From: an uncultured Alphaproteobacteria bacterium
Lineage (GTDB): Bacteria > Pseudomonadota > Alphaproteobacteria > Rhizobiales > Xanthobacteraceae
DNA length: 64,000 bases
Direction: 5' to 3'
Assembly (NCBI GenBank): GCA_963725185.1
Contig: CAVRXO010000002.1
Span: forward strand, 496,666 to 560,665
This document shows, piece after piece, positions 27,303 to 40,726 of this stretch. Positions within the stretch are counted from its first letter, which is position 1. Every line of letters begins with the position of its first letter. The notes under the pieces were generated by a model. That model saw only the letters and a list, made by a program, of their open reading frames with translations, was not told the origin of the DNA and ran no database searches. A program made the translations under genes and the position numbers.

Positions 27303-29346
27303 TCAATCGGTCCGCCCGCTCGGGGTGCTTCGACCGGCCGATGCCATGACATCGGCAACGGCGGCGAGGCCGTCTTGCAGCTTCAGATCCTCCAGCCGCA
27401 CCGGCAGCCGACGCCGCCAGTTCGGGTGCGTGTCGATGGTCCCCGGAACGTTGACCTGATCGCGAATGCCCAACGCATCCTCGATGGCGACCACCAATAG
27501 ACGCGCCGGCGTTCGCGCCAGGAAGCGGGCGACCGAGGTGAAGTCCGGGTCCGCGGTGTCGCGCGCCAGCGCGCTTCGCAATGCGAGTTGCGCGGCCGCA
27601 CGCTCCTGGTCGGTCTCGCCCGGATCGATGTTGAGCGCGCGCTTGACCGCAAGATCATGTCCGCGCATCCATCCGGCGAAGGTTGGAAGATCGTGAGTGC
27701 CGAACGTCACCAGGGCGTTCTCGCGGTACGACTCGGGCGGCAGGAAACGCCCGTCGGCGGCGCGCTCGAACAGCATCACCTGATAGGACCAGATCCCCCA
27801 ATCGGCCAGCGTATCGCGAAAACCGTCCGGCACGGTTCCGAGATCCTCGCCGATCACGATGCACCTTTGCCGAATGCTTTCCTGGGCGCTGACCGCGAGC
27901 AGGGCCGCGAAGGGAAAGCGGACATACACCCCCTGGCCGGCCCGCATCCCCTCGGGGATCAGGTAGAGGCGCTTGAGCCCGAGGACGTGATCGAGCCGGA
28001 TGGCGCCGGCATAACGCATCGCGGTTTGCAGCAAGGAGCGAAACGGCGCGAAACGTTCCGCTTCCAGCGCGTCCGGATTGAACGCCGCCAGTCCCCAGTT
28101 CTGCCCGGCCGTGTTGTAGAGGTCCGGAGGCGCACCGACGCTGAGTTCCGACATGACGGCGCGCTGGTCGTTCCAGGCATCAAACCCCTCGGGATGCATC
28201 CCGACGGCCACGTCAAGATAAAGCCCGATCGGCAGGGTCAGATCGTGGGCGCGCCGGCAGCAGGCCTCAAGCTGCGTATCGGCGACCCATTGCACGAATT
28301 CGAAGAACCCGATGGCGTCGCCATCGTTCAGGCGCAGCGCCGCCAGATCGGCCTCGCTGGGGTTGTGCCATTGGTCGGGCCATTGTCGCCAAGGCCTGCC
28401 GAACCGCCGGCGCAGGAATTCGAACACAGCAAAGCGCCCCAATAGCGGGCCGCGTTCGCGGCGAAATTCCGCGAAGGCCTGGCGTCGGGAAGCTTCCGCG
28501 CCAGAAAAGCGCTCATAGGCCAGCCGGAGCGCACGCGTCTTGGCGGCCGCTACACCCGGATAATCCACCAACTCGCGTTTCCGGAGTCCCTCCACCTCGG
28601 CTTGCAGCCCGGCCGCCTCGAGCCCGGGAAACTCCGGTATCGCCTCCACATCGATATAGAGCGGGTTCAGAAAAAGCCGGCTGTTCGGTGAATAAGGGCT
28701 GGCGGCTTCCGCATGGTCATCAAACAGAGCATGCAGGGGGTTCAGCGCAATGCCGGCGGCGCCGAGGTCGGCGGCAAGCTCGAGCAGCCCCGCAAGGTCG
28801 GTGAAGTCTCCACAGCCCCAGTTGCGCCCGGAGCGTACGCCATAAAGCTGCACCGCCAACGCCCACAGGCACCGGGGTCCAGCCTCCGCTCCCTGGAAGG
28901 CTTGCAGCGGCGCGCTCAGCAGCGTAGCCGCCTCGATCCTCTCGCTGCCGGAAGAGCGCGCCACGACCTTGAGCTCATAGCTGCCGAGCGGCAGATCGCC
29001 GGGCAGCTTGATGGCGGCGGACTCGCTCGCCCCGGCCGTGATGCTTGAATTCGGGCAAAGCCGTAGTCGAGAAATTCACATCCGGGAGGATTTCCCACCG
29101 CACTTTGGCGCGCGCGTTGGCCCGCAGCCGCAGCGTCAAACCTTCGCCCTGCCGTACGACCACCGTCGGCGGCAGCAGCCGCCGCGCCGATTGCCGGCTT
29201 CCTGCCATGGCAGCGGTCACGCGGGCGAGCCCTTCCGGGTCCGCCATCCGTTCCTGGCCCCGTGCATCGCGGAATTGCGTCTCAATGCCCAGGCGGGCCG
29301 CGCGCTTGGAAATCTGTTCCGCCGAAGGCGACTTGCGTGAGCTCAT
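27303..29346 (-). pseudogene. malQ: 4-alpha-glucanotransferase (amylomaltase) with a frameshift between ~29043 and 29075
   Basis: The N-terminal ~95 codons (MSSRKSPSAEQISKRAARLGIETQFRDARGQ...VRWEILPDVNF..) are in the frame of ORF 28975..29517. The catalytic part (..SITAGASESAAIKLPGDLPLGSYELKVVARSSGSERIEAATLLSAPLQAF... to 27303) is in the frame of ORF 27303..28964. Confidence 0.85.
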
Positions 29347-29384
29347 CCCATGGTTTCGCTGCGCGACCGGGTCAAGGAACTGAC

Positions 29385-29412
29385 GGAACCAAATGCGGGT
29401 CGCATTGGTTCC
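29385..29412. promoter_or_regulatory. palindromic GGAACC-N16-GGTTCC element in the malQ/glgE divergent spacer
   Basis: GGAACCAAATGCGGGTCGCATTGGTTCC reads GGAAC-N17-GGTT on both strands, one mismatch from the EcfG consensus in each direction. An extra GGAAC lies at 29376-29380. Confidence 0.45.
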
Positions 29413-29501
29413 ACATCGGTAATCTGCAGTAATTTGCCCCGGCCGCTCTGGGCGCGGCTGCGGCAGGGTGCCGAACGACAGGCTGGAACAGACGGCGAAC
29501 C

Positions 29502-31448
29502 GTGAATATCCCATCAATCGGCGTCCGCTCCGGACGACGAATTATCATCGAGGACGTTTATCCGAGCGTCGAGGAGGGTCGCTTCGCGGTGAAGCGCATC
29601 GCGGGCGAGGCGCTCGACGTCTGGGCCGATATCGTCCGTGACGGCAATGCCGTGCTTGGCGCCGAGTTGCTGTGGCGTCCGGGCACGACGGGAAAGTGGC
29701 TTCGCACCGCCATGCGCTCACCTGGGAACGACCGCTGGACCGCAAGCTTCGTCCCGCCCAAGCCGGGCCGCTATGAATATGCGATTGAAGCCTGGACCGA
29801 TGTCTTCGGCACATGGCGTCGCGACGTTTTGGCGAAGCGCGAGGTTGGCCTCGACGTCAGCCTGGAAACGCTGGAAGGATGGCGTCTGCTCGAAGGCGTG
29901 AGGCCGCGCAGCACCGCCGACACGCGCCTGATTGGTGAACTCTGTCGGAAGACCGACACACGCGACTCCCTGGAGATACTGCTCGCGGACGATATCGCGG
30001 CAATAGCCGCGACCGATCAACAAACCGACCTGACCCGCAGCCCGACATTGCCGCTGGTGGTGGATCGGCCGCTGGCCCGGGCGGCCGCCTGGTATGAAAT
30101 GGTGCCGCGCAGCCAAGGCGCCATTGCGGGCCGCCACGGCACATTCGACGACTGCATCGCCCGACTGCCGGACATCGCCTCGCTCGGATTTGACGTGGTC
30201 TACCTGACCCCCATCCATCCGATCGGCCGGACCAACCGCAAGGGCCGCAACAACGCGCTGGTCGCGCAGCCGGGCGATCCGGGCAGCTTCTATGCCATCG
30301 GCTCTCAGGAGGGCGGCCACGACGCGATCCACCCGGAGCTTGGCACGCTCGCCGATTTCCGCCGCTTCGTCGCCGCCTGCGGGGACCACGGGATGGAGGT
30401 CGCACTGGACTTCGCGGTACAATGCTCGCCCGATCATCCGTGGATCGCCCAGCATCCGGAATGGTTCAAGCGGCGGCCCGACGGCTCGATTCAATACGCC
30501 GAAAACCCGCCCAAGAAATACGAGGACATCGTCAACCCGGACTTCTACGGCGTCGATGCCGAGCAGCTATGGTTGGCGCTGCGCGACGTGGTCCTGTTCT
30601 GGGTCGCGCAGGGGGTTCGCATCTTCCGGGTCGACAATCCGCACACCAAGCCGTTTCCGTTCTGGGAATGGCTGATCCGCGAGGTTCAAACGCTGCATCC
30701 CGAGGTCATCTTCCTGGCCGAAGCCTTTACCCGCCCGAAAGTCATGAAGGCGCTCGCCAAGCTCGGCTTCACCCAATCCTACACCTACTTCACGTGGCGC
30801 ACCGGCAAGAACGAGCTGCAGACCTATTTGAGCGAGATCACCGGCTATCCGGAGCGCGAATACTTCCGCCCCAACTTCTTCGTCAACACGCCCGACATCC
30901 TGCCGATCCATCTGCAAAGCGGCGAGCCCTGGATCTTCAAGGCGCGCGTGGCGCTCGCCGCGACGCTGTCGGGCAATTACGGCATCTACAACGGCTTCGA
31001 GTTGCTCGAGCACGAGGCGATCCCGGGAAAGGAAGAATATCTCAATTCCGAGAAATACGAGCTGAAGGTGCGAGACTGGAACCAGCCCGGCAACATCAAA
31101 AACTATATCGGCCAGCTCAACTGGCTGCGGAAGGCCAACGCCGCCTTGCAGCAGACCGCCGACCTGCGCTTTGCCACCCTCGATGACGCGGAGGTCATCG
31201 GCTTTGTCAAGGAATCCCCCGCCCGCGACAATGCGGTGGCGGTCGCAATTGCGCTGAGCAAGCACGGGCCGCGCCAATTCTGGTTTCATTTCGGCGACAT
31301 CGAGATCGGCCCCGAGGATGCCCGCCGCCGCGTCGCGGCCGTCGAGAATCTCGTGACCGGTGAACGCATCGTGACCGAATGGGGCGGGGTTCGGCTGCGC
31401 ATCGATCCGGAGCACGATCCCGCCTTGCTGTTCCGTTGCCTGACGTGA
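29502..31448 (+). CDS. glgE: alpha-1,4-glucan:maltose-1-phosphate maltosyltransferase
   Basis: 648 aa. RIIIEDVYPSVEEGRFAVKRIAGE..., WYEMVPRSQ, FDVVYLTPIHPIG.TNRKG.NN and FRVDNPHTKPF are GlgE hallmarks. GTG start. Confidence 0.9.
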   Translation: MNIPSIGVRSGRRIIIEDVYPSVEEGRFAVKRIAGEALDVWADIVRDGNAVLGAELLWRPGTTGKWLRTAMRSPGNDRWTASFVPPKPGRYEYAIEAWTDVFGTWRRDVLAKREVGLDVSLETLEGWRLLEGVRPRSTADTRLIGELCRKTDTRDSLEILLADDIAAIAATDQQTDLTRSPTLPLVVDRPLARAAAWYEMVPRSQGAIAGRHGTFDDCIARLPDIASLGFDVVYLTPIHPIGRTNRKGRNNALVAQPGDPGSFYAIGSQEGGHDAIHPELGTLADFRRFVAACGDHGMEVALDFAVQCSPDHPWIAQHPEWFKRRPDGSIQYAENPPKKYEDIVNPDFYGVDAEQLWLALRDVVLFWVAQGVRIFRVDNPHTKPFPFWEWLIREVQTLHPEVIFLAEAFTRPKVMKALAKLGFTQSYTYFTWRTGKNELQTYLSEITGYPEREYFRPNFFVNTPDILPIHLQSGEPWIFKARVALAATLSGNYGIYNGFELLEHEAIPGKEEYLNSEKYELKVRDWNQPGNIKNYIGQLNWLRKANAALQQTADLRFATLDDAEVIGFVKESPARDNAVAVAIALSKHGPRQFWFHFGDIEIGPEDARRRVAAVENLVTGERIVTEWGGVRLRIDPEHDPALLFRCLT

Positions 31449-34400
31449 AAGGGGACATCGTGGACGCCGCGTCAACTCTCAAGACCGAACGTGCGCTCGA
31501 TGCCGAGGAGCTCTGGTTCAAGGATGCCATCATCTACCAGCTGCACGTCAAGGCGTTCGCGGACAGCAACAGCGACGGCATCGGCGACTTCGTCGGGCTG
31601 ACCGAAAAGCTCGATTATCTGCAGGACCTCGGCGTCACCGCGCTCTGGCTGTTGCCGTTCTATCCTTCGCCCGGCCGCGACGACGGCTACGACATCGCCG
31701 ACTACCGCAACATCAACCCCGATTTCGGAGCCATGAAGGACTTTCGCCGCTTCATGCAGGAAGCCAAGCGGCGCAAGCTCCGGATCATCATCGAGCTCGT
31801 GATCAATCACACCTCCGACCAGCATCCATGGTTCCGGCGGGCGCGCGCCAGCCGCACCGGCTCGGACGCGCGCAACTGGTATGTGTGGAGCGATACCGAT
31901 CAGCGTTATGCCGGCACCCGCATCATCTTCAACGATACCGAGAAATCGAACTGGGCCTGGGACCCGGTCGCGCAGGCCTATTACTGGCACCGGTTCTTCT
32001 CGCATCAGCCCGACCTGAACTACGACAATCCGAACGTGGTCGAAGCGATGGTGCAGGTCATGCGCCGCTGGCTCGATCTCGGCGTCGACGGGTTCCGGCT
32101 CGATGCCATCCCCTATCTGTGCGAGCGCGAGGGCACCAGCAACGAAAACCTTCCCGAGACCCATGCGGTGATCAAGACGATCCGCGCGGCGCTCGATGCC
32201 CATGCGCCCGGCAAGCTGCTGCTGGCCGAAGCCAATCAATGGCCGGAAGACGTCGCCGCCTATTTCGGCAACGGCGACGAATGCCACATGGCCTATCATT
32301 TTCCGTTGATGCCGCGGATCTACATGGCCATCGCCCAGGAGGACCGCTTTCCGATCTCCGACATCGTGCGGCAGACTCCCGACATTCCGGCCAACTGCCA
32401 ATGGGCCCTGTTCCTGCGCAACCACGACGAGCTGACATTGGAGATGGTCACCGATGTGGAGCGCGACTACCTGTGGTCCACCTATGCGAGCGATCCGCGG
32501 GCGCGGATCAATCTCGGCATCCGCCGCCGGCTGGCGCCGTTGATGGACAACGATCGGCGCAAGATCGAGCTGGTGAACTCGCTGCTGCTGTCGTTTCCCG
32601 GCACCCCGATCATCTATTACGGCGACGAGATCGGGATGGGCGACAACATCTATCTGGGCGACCGCAACGGCGTGCGCACGCCGATGCAGTGGACCCCGGA
32701 CCGCAACGGCGGCTTCTCGCGCTGCGACCCGGCGCGGCTGTTCCTGCCCACGATCATGGATCCGGTCTACGGCTACGAAGCGGTGAACATCGAGGCCCAA
32801 TCGCGCAACATCGCTTCGCTATTGAGCTGGACCAAGCGGCTGATCACGGTGCGCAAGTCAAGCAAGGTCTTCGGCCGCGGCTCGCTCACATTCATCCGCA
32901 CCAGGAACCGCTCGGTGCTGGTCTATGTCAGGCAATACGAGACCGATGTCATCCTGTGCGTGGCGAACCTCTCGCGCTCCGCGCAGGCGACCGAGATCGA
33001 CCTGTCGCCGTGGCGCGGGCGCGTCCCGCTCGAGATGCTGGGCCGGCGCAGCTTCCCCACCATCGGGGACCAGCCCTATGTGGTCACGCTCGCCCCCTAC
33101 GGATTCTTCTGGTTCTTTCTCTGCGAGCAGGCAGGCGAGATCGAAGCGCCCATCATCGCGCCGGAATTCGAGACCCTGGTCGTCAGCGAGGGCTGGCGCT
33201 CGTTCGCGCACGGCCGCGCCCGCATGATTCTCGAGCGCGACGTGCTGCCGGCCTTCCTGGCGAACCGGCGCTGGTTTCCCGCCAAGGACAGTGCGTCGGT
33301 CACCGCCAAGCTTGCCGCCACCATCCCGCTCACCGCCGGCGAGCTTGGCCTCGCGCTGGCCTTGATCGAGACCAAGAGCGGACGCGAGAGCGGGCAATAC
33401 TTGATGCCGCTCGCGATCAACTGGTCCCGCTTCGACCGTGCCCGCAACAATCCCAATGCGCTCGCAGCCGTGCGCCGCGGGCCGCGCGAAGGCACGCTCC
33501 TGGACGCGACCGCCGACATCGCATTCATCTCGAACCTGCTGGCCAAGGTCCGCGCCGGCAGCACGCTGGAGACCGAGGGCTTGAATTTGGAATTTTCGCC
33601 CGTGGGTCAATTCGCCCAATCCGAATTGCCGGCGATCGAGGAGGTACGCGCGGTCGATACCGAGCAATCGAACACCACGGTGCTGGTCGGCAGCGATTAT
33701 GTGGTCAAGCTGTTTCGCCGGATCGAGCCCGGCATCAATCCCGAGATCGAGGTCGGACGCTTCCTCACCGAGGTCGCGGGCTTCGCCAATATGCCGCCGC
33801 TGTTGGGAACGGTCGAGCTGGTGGAAGGCGAGACCCGCAGCGCCGTGGCGGTCATCCATCGCTTCATCGAGAACCAGGGCGACGCCTGGTCGGTGACCAA
33901 TGCCTATCTCGACCGCTATGTCGAGGAGCAGCGCTTGCTGACCGGCGACGCCGCCACCGACAGCGATGAGCAGGCCACTTACCTGCTGCGCCTGCGCCAG
34001 GTCGGCCGCCGGGTGGCCGAGATGCAGCTTGCCCTCGCCAGCCGCGACGATGTGCCCGATTTCAAGCCCGAGCCGATCAGCCCCGCCGAGGTCGGCCAAT
34101 GGACCGAGGAGGTGCTGCGCCGAGCGCAACGCGCATTCGCCAAGCTGGCGCGCTACCGCGCCCGGACCGAGGGCGCAGATCGAGCGCTGATTGATGAGGT
34201 TCTGGCGCACGAGTCTTCGTTGCCGGCCCGCCTGCGCGGCCTCCTGCCGGATACCGTCGATGCGATGAAAATTCGGCATCACGGCGATTTCCATCTCGGC
34301 CAGATGCTCATCGTCAAGGACGACGTGGTAATCCTGGATTTCGAAGGCGAGCCACGGCGCAAGCTGGCGGATCGGCGGCGCAAGGCTCCGGCCGCCCGCG

Positions 34401-34731
34401 ACGTGGCCGGCCTGATCCGCTCGATCGACTATTCGGCCACCGCGGCCCTCGAGCGCGCCCTCAAATCGTCGCCCGACGAGCAAGGCAAGATCGCGCGCGC
34501 GCTCGACGAATGGCGCGAGCGTTCGGTCGCGGCGATGCTGGCCGCCTATCGCGAATTCATCGTCGATCCGCGACTCTGGCCGGCGGAGCCGGGCGATGCC
34601 GAGCGGCTGCTCGATTTCTTCCTGCTGGAAAAAGCCTGCTACGAGCTCGAATACGAGATGGTGCACCGCCCGCATTGGCTGCGGGTCCCGCTCGCCGGCA
34701 TCCAACGCATCCTTTCGCGGCGGGCACCGTC

Positions 34732-34735
<4 letters not shown>
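31445..34735 (+). CDS. treS: trehalose synthase fused to maltokinase (TreS-Pep2)
   Basis: ORF 31379..34735. The GTG at 31445 overlaps the glgE stop (GTGA). The N-terminal GH13 TreS core has [27 protein letters not shown] and [11 protein letters not shown]. The C-terminal ~450 aa maltokinase-like domain has [11 protein letters not shown] and ACYELEYE. Confidence 0.9.
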
Positions 34736-36888
<2,153 letters not shown>

Positions 36889-38961
36889 CACCAGGTTTTC
36901 GGCCGGTGCGTCCCATCCGCTCGGCGCCAGCTGGGACGGGCGGGGGACCAACTTCGCGCTGTTTTCCGCCAACGCGAAGAAGGTGGAGCTTTGCCTGTTC
37001 GACAGCCAGGGCCGGCGCGAGCTCGAACGGATCGCGCTGCCGGAGCGCACAGAGGACGTGTGGCACGGCTATTTCAGCGACGTCATGCCCGGCCAAGTCT
37101 ACGGCTTCCGCGTGCATGGACCCTATGAGCCGGAGCAAGGTTTTCGTTTCAACGACTACAAGCTCCTGCTCGATCCTTATGCGAAACGGCTCACCGGCCG
37201 GCTGGTTTGGAGCGACGCCCATTTCGGCTACCGGGCCGGCAGCGCCCGCGCCGACCTGTCGTTCGATCGGCGCGACAATGCGCGCGGCATGCTGAAGGCG
37301 GTGGTGGTCGACGAGAGCTTCACGTTGGATCGCAGAAGCGGCCCGATGGTGCCCTGGGAGGACACCGTCATCTACGAGGCCCATGTCAAAGGCCTGACCC
37401 AGCAGCGCGAGGACGTCGCCGCGGGCTTGCGCGGCCGCTATGGGGCGCTGAGCGCTCCCGCCATGATCGCCCATTTCAAGCGGCTCGGCGTGACCACCGT
37501 CGAGCTCCTGCCCATCCACGCATTCGTGGACGACCGGCAACTGGTCCAGCGCAGCCTGGTGAACTATTGGGGCTACAGCACGCTCTGCTTCTTCGCGCCC
37601 GAGGCCCGCTATGCCGCCGACGTTCCGCTCGACAGCTTTTGCGCCATGGTCTCGCGGCTGCACGACGCCGGCATCGAGGTCATTCTGGACGTCGTCTACA
37701 ACCATACCTGCGAGGGCAATCATCTGGGCCCGACGCTGAGCTTTCGCGGCATCGACAACACCTCGTATTATTGGCTCAGCAAGGATCAGCCGCGCTATTA
37801 CGAGAACTTCGCCGGGACCGGGAACGCGCTCAACCTCACGCATCCGCGCGTCCTGCAGATGGTGATGGATTCGCTGCGCTATTGGGTGGAGATCGGGCAC
37901 GTCGACGGCTTCCGCTTCGATCTCGCGACCACGCTCGGCCGCGGGCCGAACGGATTCGATGCGGGCGCCAGCTTCTTTGCGGCGATCCGGCAGGATCCGG
38001 TGCTGACGGCCGCAAAGCTCATCGCCGAGCCTTGGGACGTCGGGCTCGGGGGCTATCAGGTCGGCCATTTCCCGCCTGGCTGGTCGGAATGGAACGACCA
38101 CTTTCGGCAGACGCTGCGCCGGTATTGGAACGGTGACGACGGCAACGTGATCGGAGATGTCGGCGGCCGGATGACGGCGTCGAGCGATCTCTTCAATCAC
38201 GATGGCCGCGGGCCGCGCGCCAGCATCAATCACGTCACCGTTCATGATGGTTTCACCCTCGCCGATCTGGTGAGCTACGCCCACAAGCACAACGAGGCCA
38301 ACGGCGAGGACAATCGCGACGGCTCCGACGACAATCACAGCACCAATTGCGGCGTCGAGGGACCCACGGACGATCCGAGCATCCTGCAATTGCGGCAGCA
38401 GCTGCGGCGAAGCTTGCTGGCCTGCCTGTTGCTGGGTCAGGGCGTCCCGCTATTGCTGGCGGGCGACGAAGTCGGCAACAGCCAGGACGGCAACAACAAC
38501 GCCTATTGCCAGGACAATCCGATCGGCTGGGTGGACTGGTCGAAGCTCGGCCGCGAAGGCGAGGACATGTGCGACCTGATCGGCCGGTTGACCGAGTTGC
38601 GGCGCCGTTTTCCGCAGCTGCGGCCGCGCCGCTTCGTCGGCGGCCGGCAACCCGATGGAAGCTACGGGGTGTTGTGGCTGACGCCGCGGGCGAGCGAGAT
38701 GACCGAGCAGGACTGGAACTTCCCCGAAGGCCGCTTTCTCGCCTATGCGCTCGGGCCGTTGCAGCAAGGAAAGCCGCCGCTCTATATCGTGCTCAACGCG
38801 TCAGCGCAGGCCATCGAATTCGTCTTCCCTCCGCTCCCCGAATGCACCGGTTGGGCCCTTCAGCTCAATACCGCCGAACCGGTGCAGAAGCTTCAAGATT
38901 TCAATTGCGGCTCCAAATGGCAGGTGCCGGCGCGATCCGTCCTGGTGTTCGCGGGGACGCG

Positions 38962-40726
38962 ATGAATCGCCGCCCACGCTTCGGGGCCCAGTTGACGAAC
39001 TCGGGCGTCACGTTTCGGGTATGGGCTCCGGCCGCGCGGCAAGTCGAGCTCTTGTTCGACACATCCCATCCGATGGCGAAGCTGCCAGGCGGCTGGCACG
39101 AGATCGCCGTCGCGGATGCGAGGGCCGGAAGCCTCTACAAATTTCGAATCGATGGCGAGCTTGACGTGCCGGATCCGGCATCGGCCTTTCAGCCCGATGA
39201 TGTGTCAGGGCCGAGCGAGGTCATCGATCACGGATCCTACGTCTGGCGAGCGCGTCGATTGGCGCGGCCGGCCTTGGGCCGATACCGTGCTGCTCGAGCT
39301 TCATGTGGGCACGTTCACGCCGGCCGGCAGCTTTCGCGGGGCGATCGAGAAGCTCGACCATGTGGCCGAGGCCGGCCTGACCGCGATCGAGCTGATGCCG
39401 GTCGCCGATTTCTCCGGTCGGCGCAATTGGGGCTACGACGGCGTGTTGCTCTATGCGCCGGACAGCAGCTATGGACGGCCGGAAGACCTCAAGGCACTCA
39501 TTGATGAAGCGCATTTGCGCGGCCTGATGGTGTTTCTCGACGTGGTCTACAACCATTTTGGCCCGGAGGGGAATTATCTGCCCCGCTACGCGCCCGACTT
39601 CTTCATGCCGGCGCGCACGCCCTGGGGGCAGGCCATCGACTACCAGGTAGCCGAGGTCCGCGCCTTCGCGATCGAGAATGCCTTGCACTGGCTCGAGCAA
39701 TATCGCTTCGACGGCTTGCGCCTGGATGCGGTCCACAGCATCCCGCAACCGGGCCAGTCGCTGCTGCTGAAGGAACTAAGCCTGGCGGCCGGCGATCTCG
39801 CGGCCGCCAGCGGACGCCAGATCCATCTGGTGGTCGAGAACGATGACAACCGTGCGAGCCTGCTTGATCCCGGCACCGATCCGCCGCACGGAAAATATCG
39901 CGCCCAATGGAACGACGACTATCATCACGCCTGGCACGTGCTCCTGACCGGCGAGCGCAGCGGCTATTACGAGGACTATGCGCCGGATCCGCACCCGCAC
40001 CTGGCACGGGTCCTGTCGGCAGGCTTCGCCTATCAGGGCGAGGCTTCCGCCCATCGCGACGGCCGCCGGCGCGGAGAGATGTCAGGCAACCTCTGTCCCA
40101 CGGCCTTTGTCGATTTTCTGCAGAACCACGACCAGATCGGCAATCGCCCCTTGGGCGACCGGTTGACCGCGCAAGCCGACGAGGCCGCGCTTTCGGCGGC
40201 CCTTGCGGTCACGCTGCTGGCACCGATGGTGCCGCTCTTGTTCATGGGCGAGGAATGGGGTTCTGCCCGGCCGTTTCCCTTTTTCTGCGATTTTCACGGC
40301 GATCTTGCGCAGGCGGTTCGCAACGGCCGGCGCGAGGAGTTCAAGGCCGCCTACGCCGTGCTCGGCGACGAGATTCCCGATCCGCTGGCGGAGGATACGT
40401 TTCGATCCGCCAAGCTCGATTGGGAGGCGCGCGCGACGCCGGCCGGTCAACGGCGGCTCAGGCTGCTGCGCGATTTGTTGATGACGCGCCGCCGGATCGT
40501 GGTGCCCGGCCTCGCCGGCGCCGCCTTCGGCTCGGCCGAATGGGATGAGCGCGTCCTGACAGCGGATTGGGAACTCGGCGATGGCCGCCGGCTCTTGCTG
40601 CTGGCCAATCTCTCCGATGCGAGTTCGACCCCGTCGCGGATACCCGCCGGAGCGCCGATCTGGGGCGGCACGCCGGGCAAAACCTTGCCGCCCTGGTCGG
40701 TGTTCTGGAGCATCGGAGCGCCATGA
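38962..40726 (+). pseudogene. treZ: malto-oligosyltrehalose trehalohydrolase with a 1-nt frameshift near 39240-39255
   Basis: The ATG at 38962 overlaps the glgX stop (ATGA). The N-terminal 95 codons (MNRRPRFGAQLTNSGVTFRVWAP...PSEVIDHGSYVW) are in one frame. The rest (..RVDWRGRPWADTVLLELHVGTFTPAGSF... to 40726) is in the frame of ORF 39116..40726. Confidence 0.85.
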
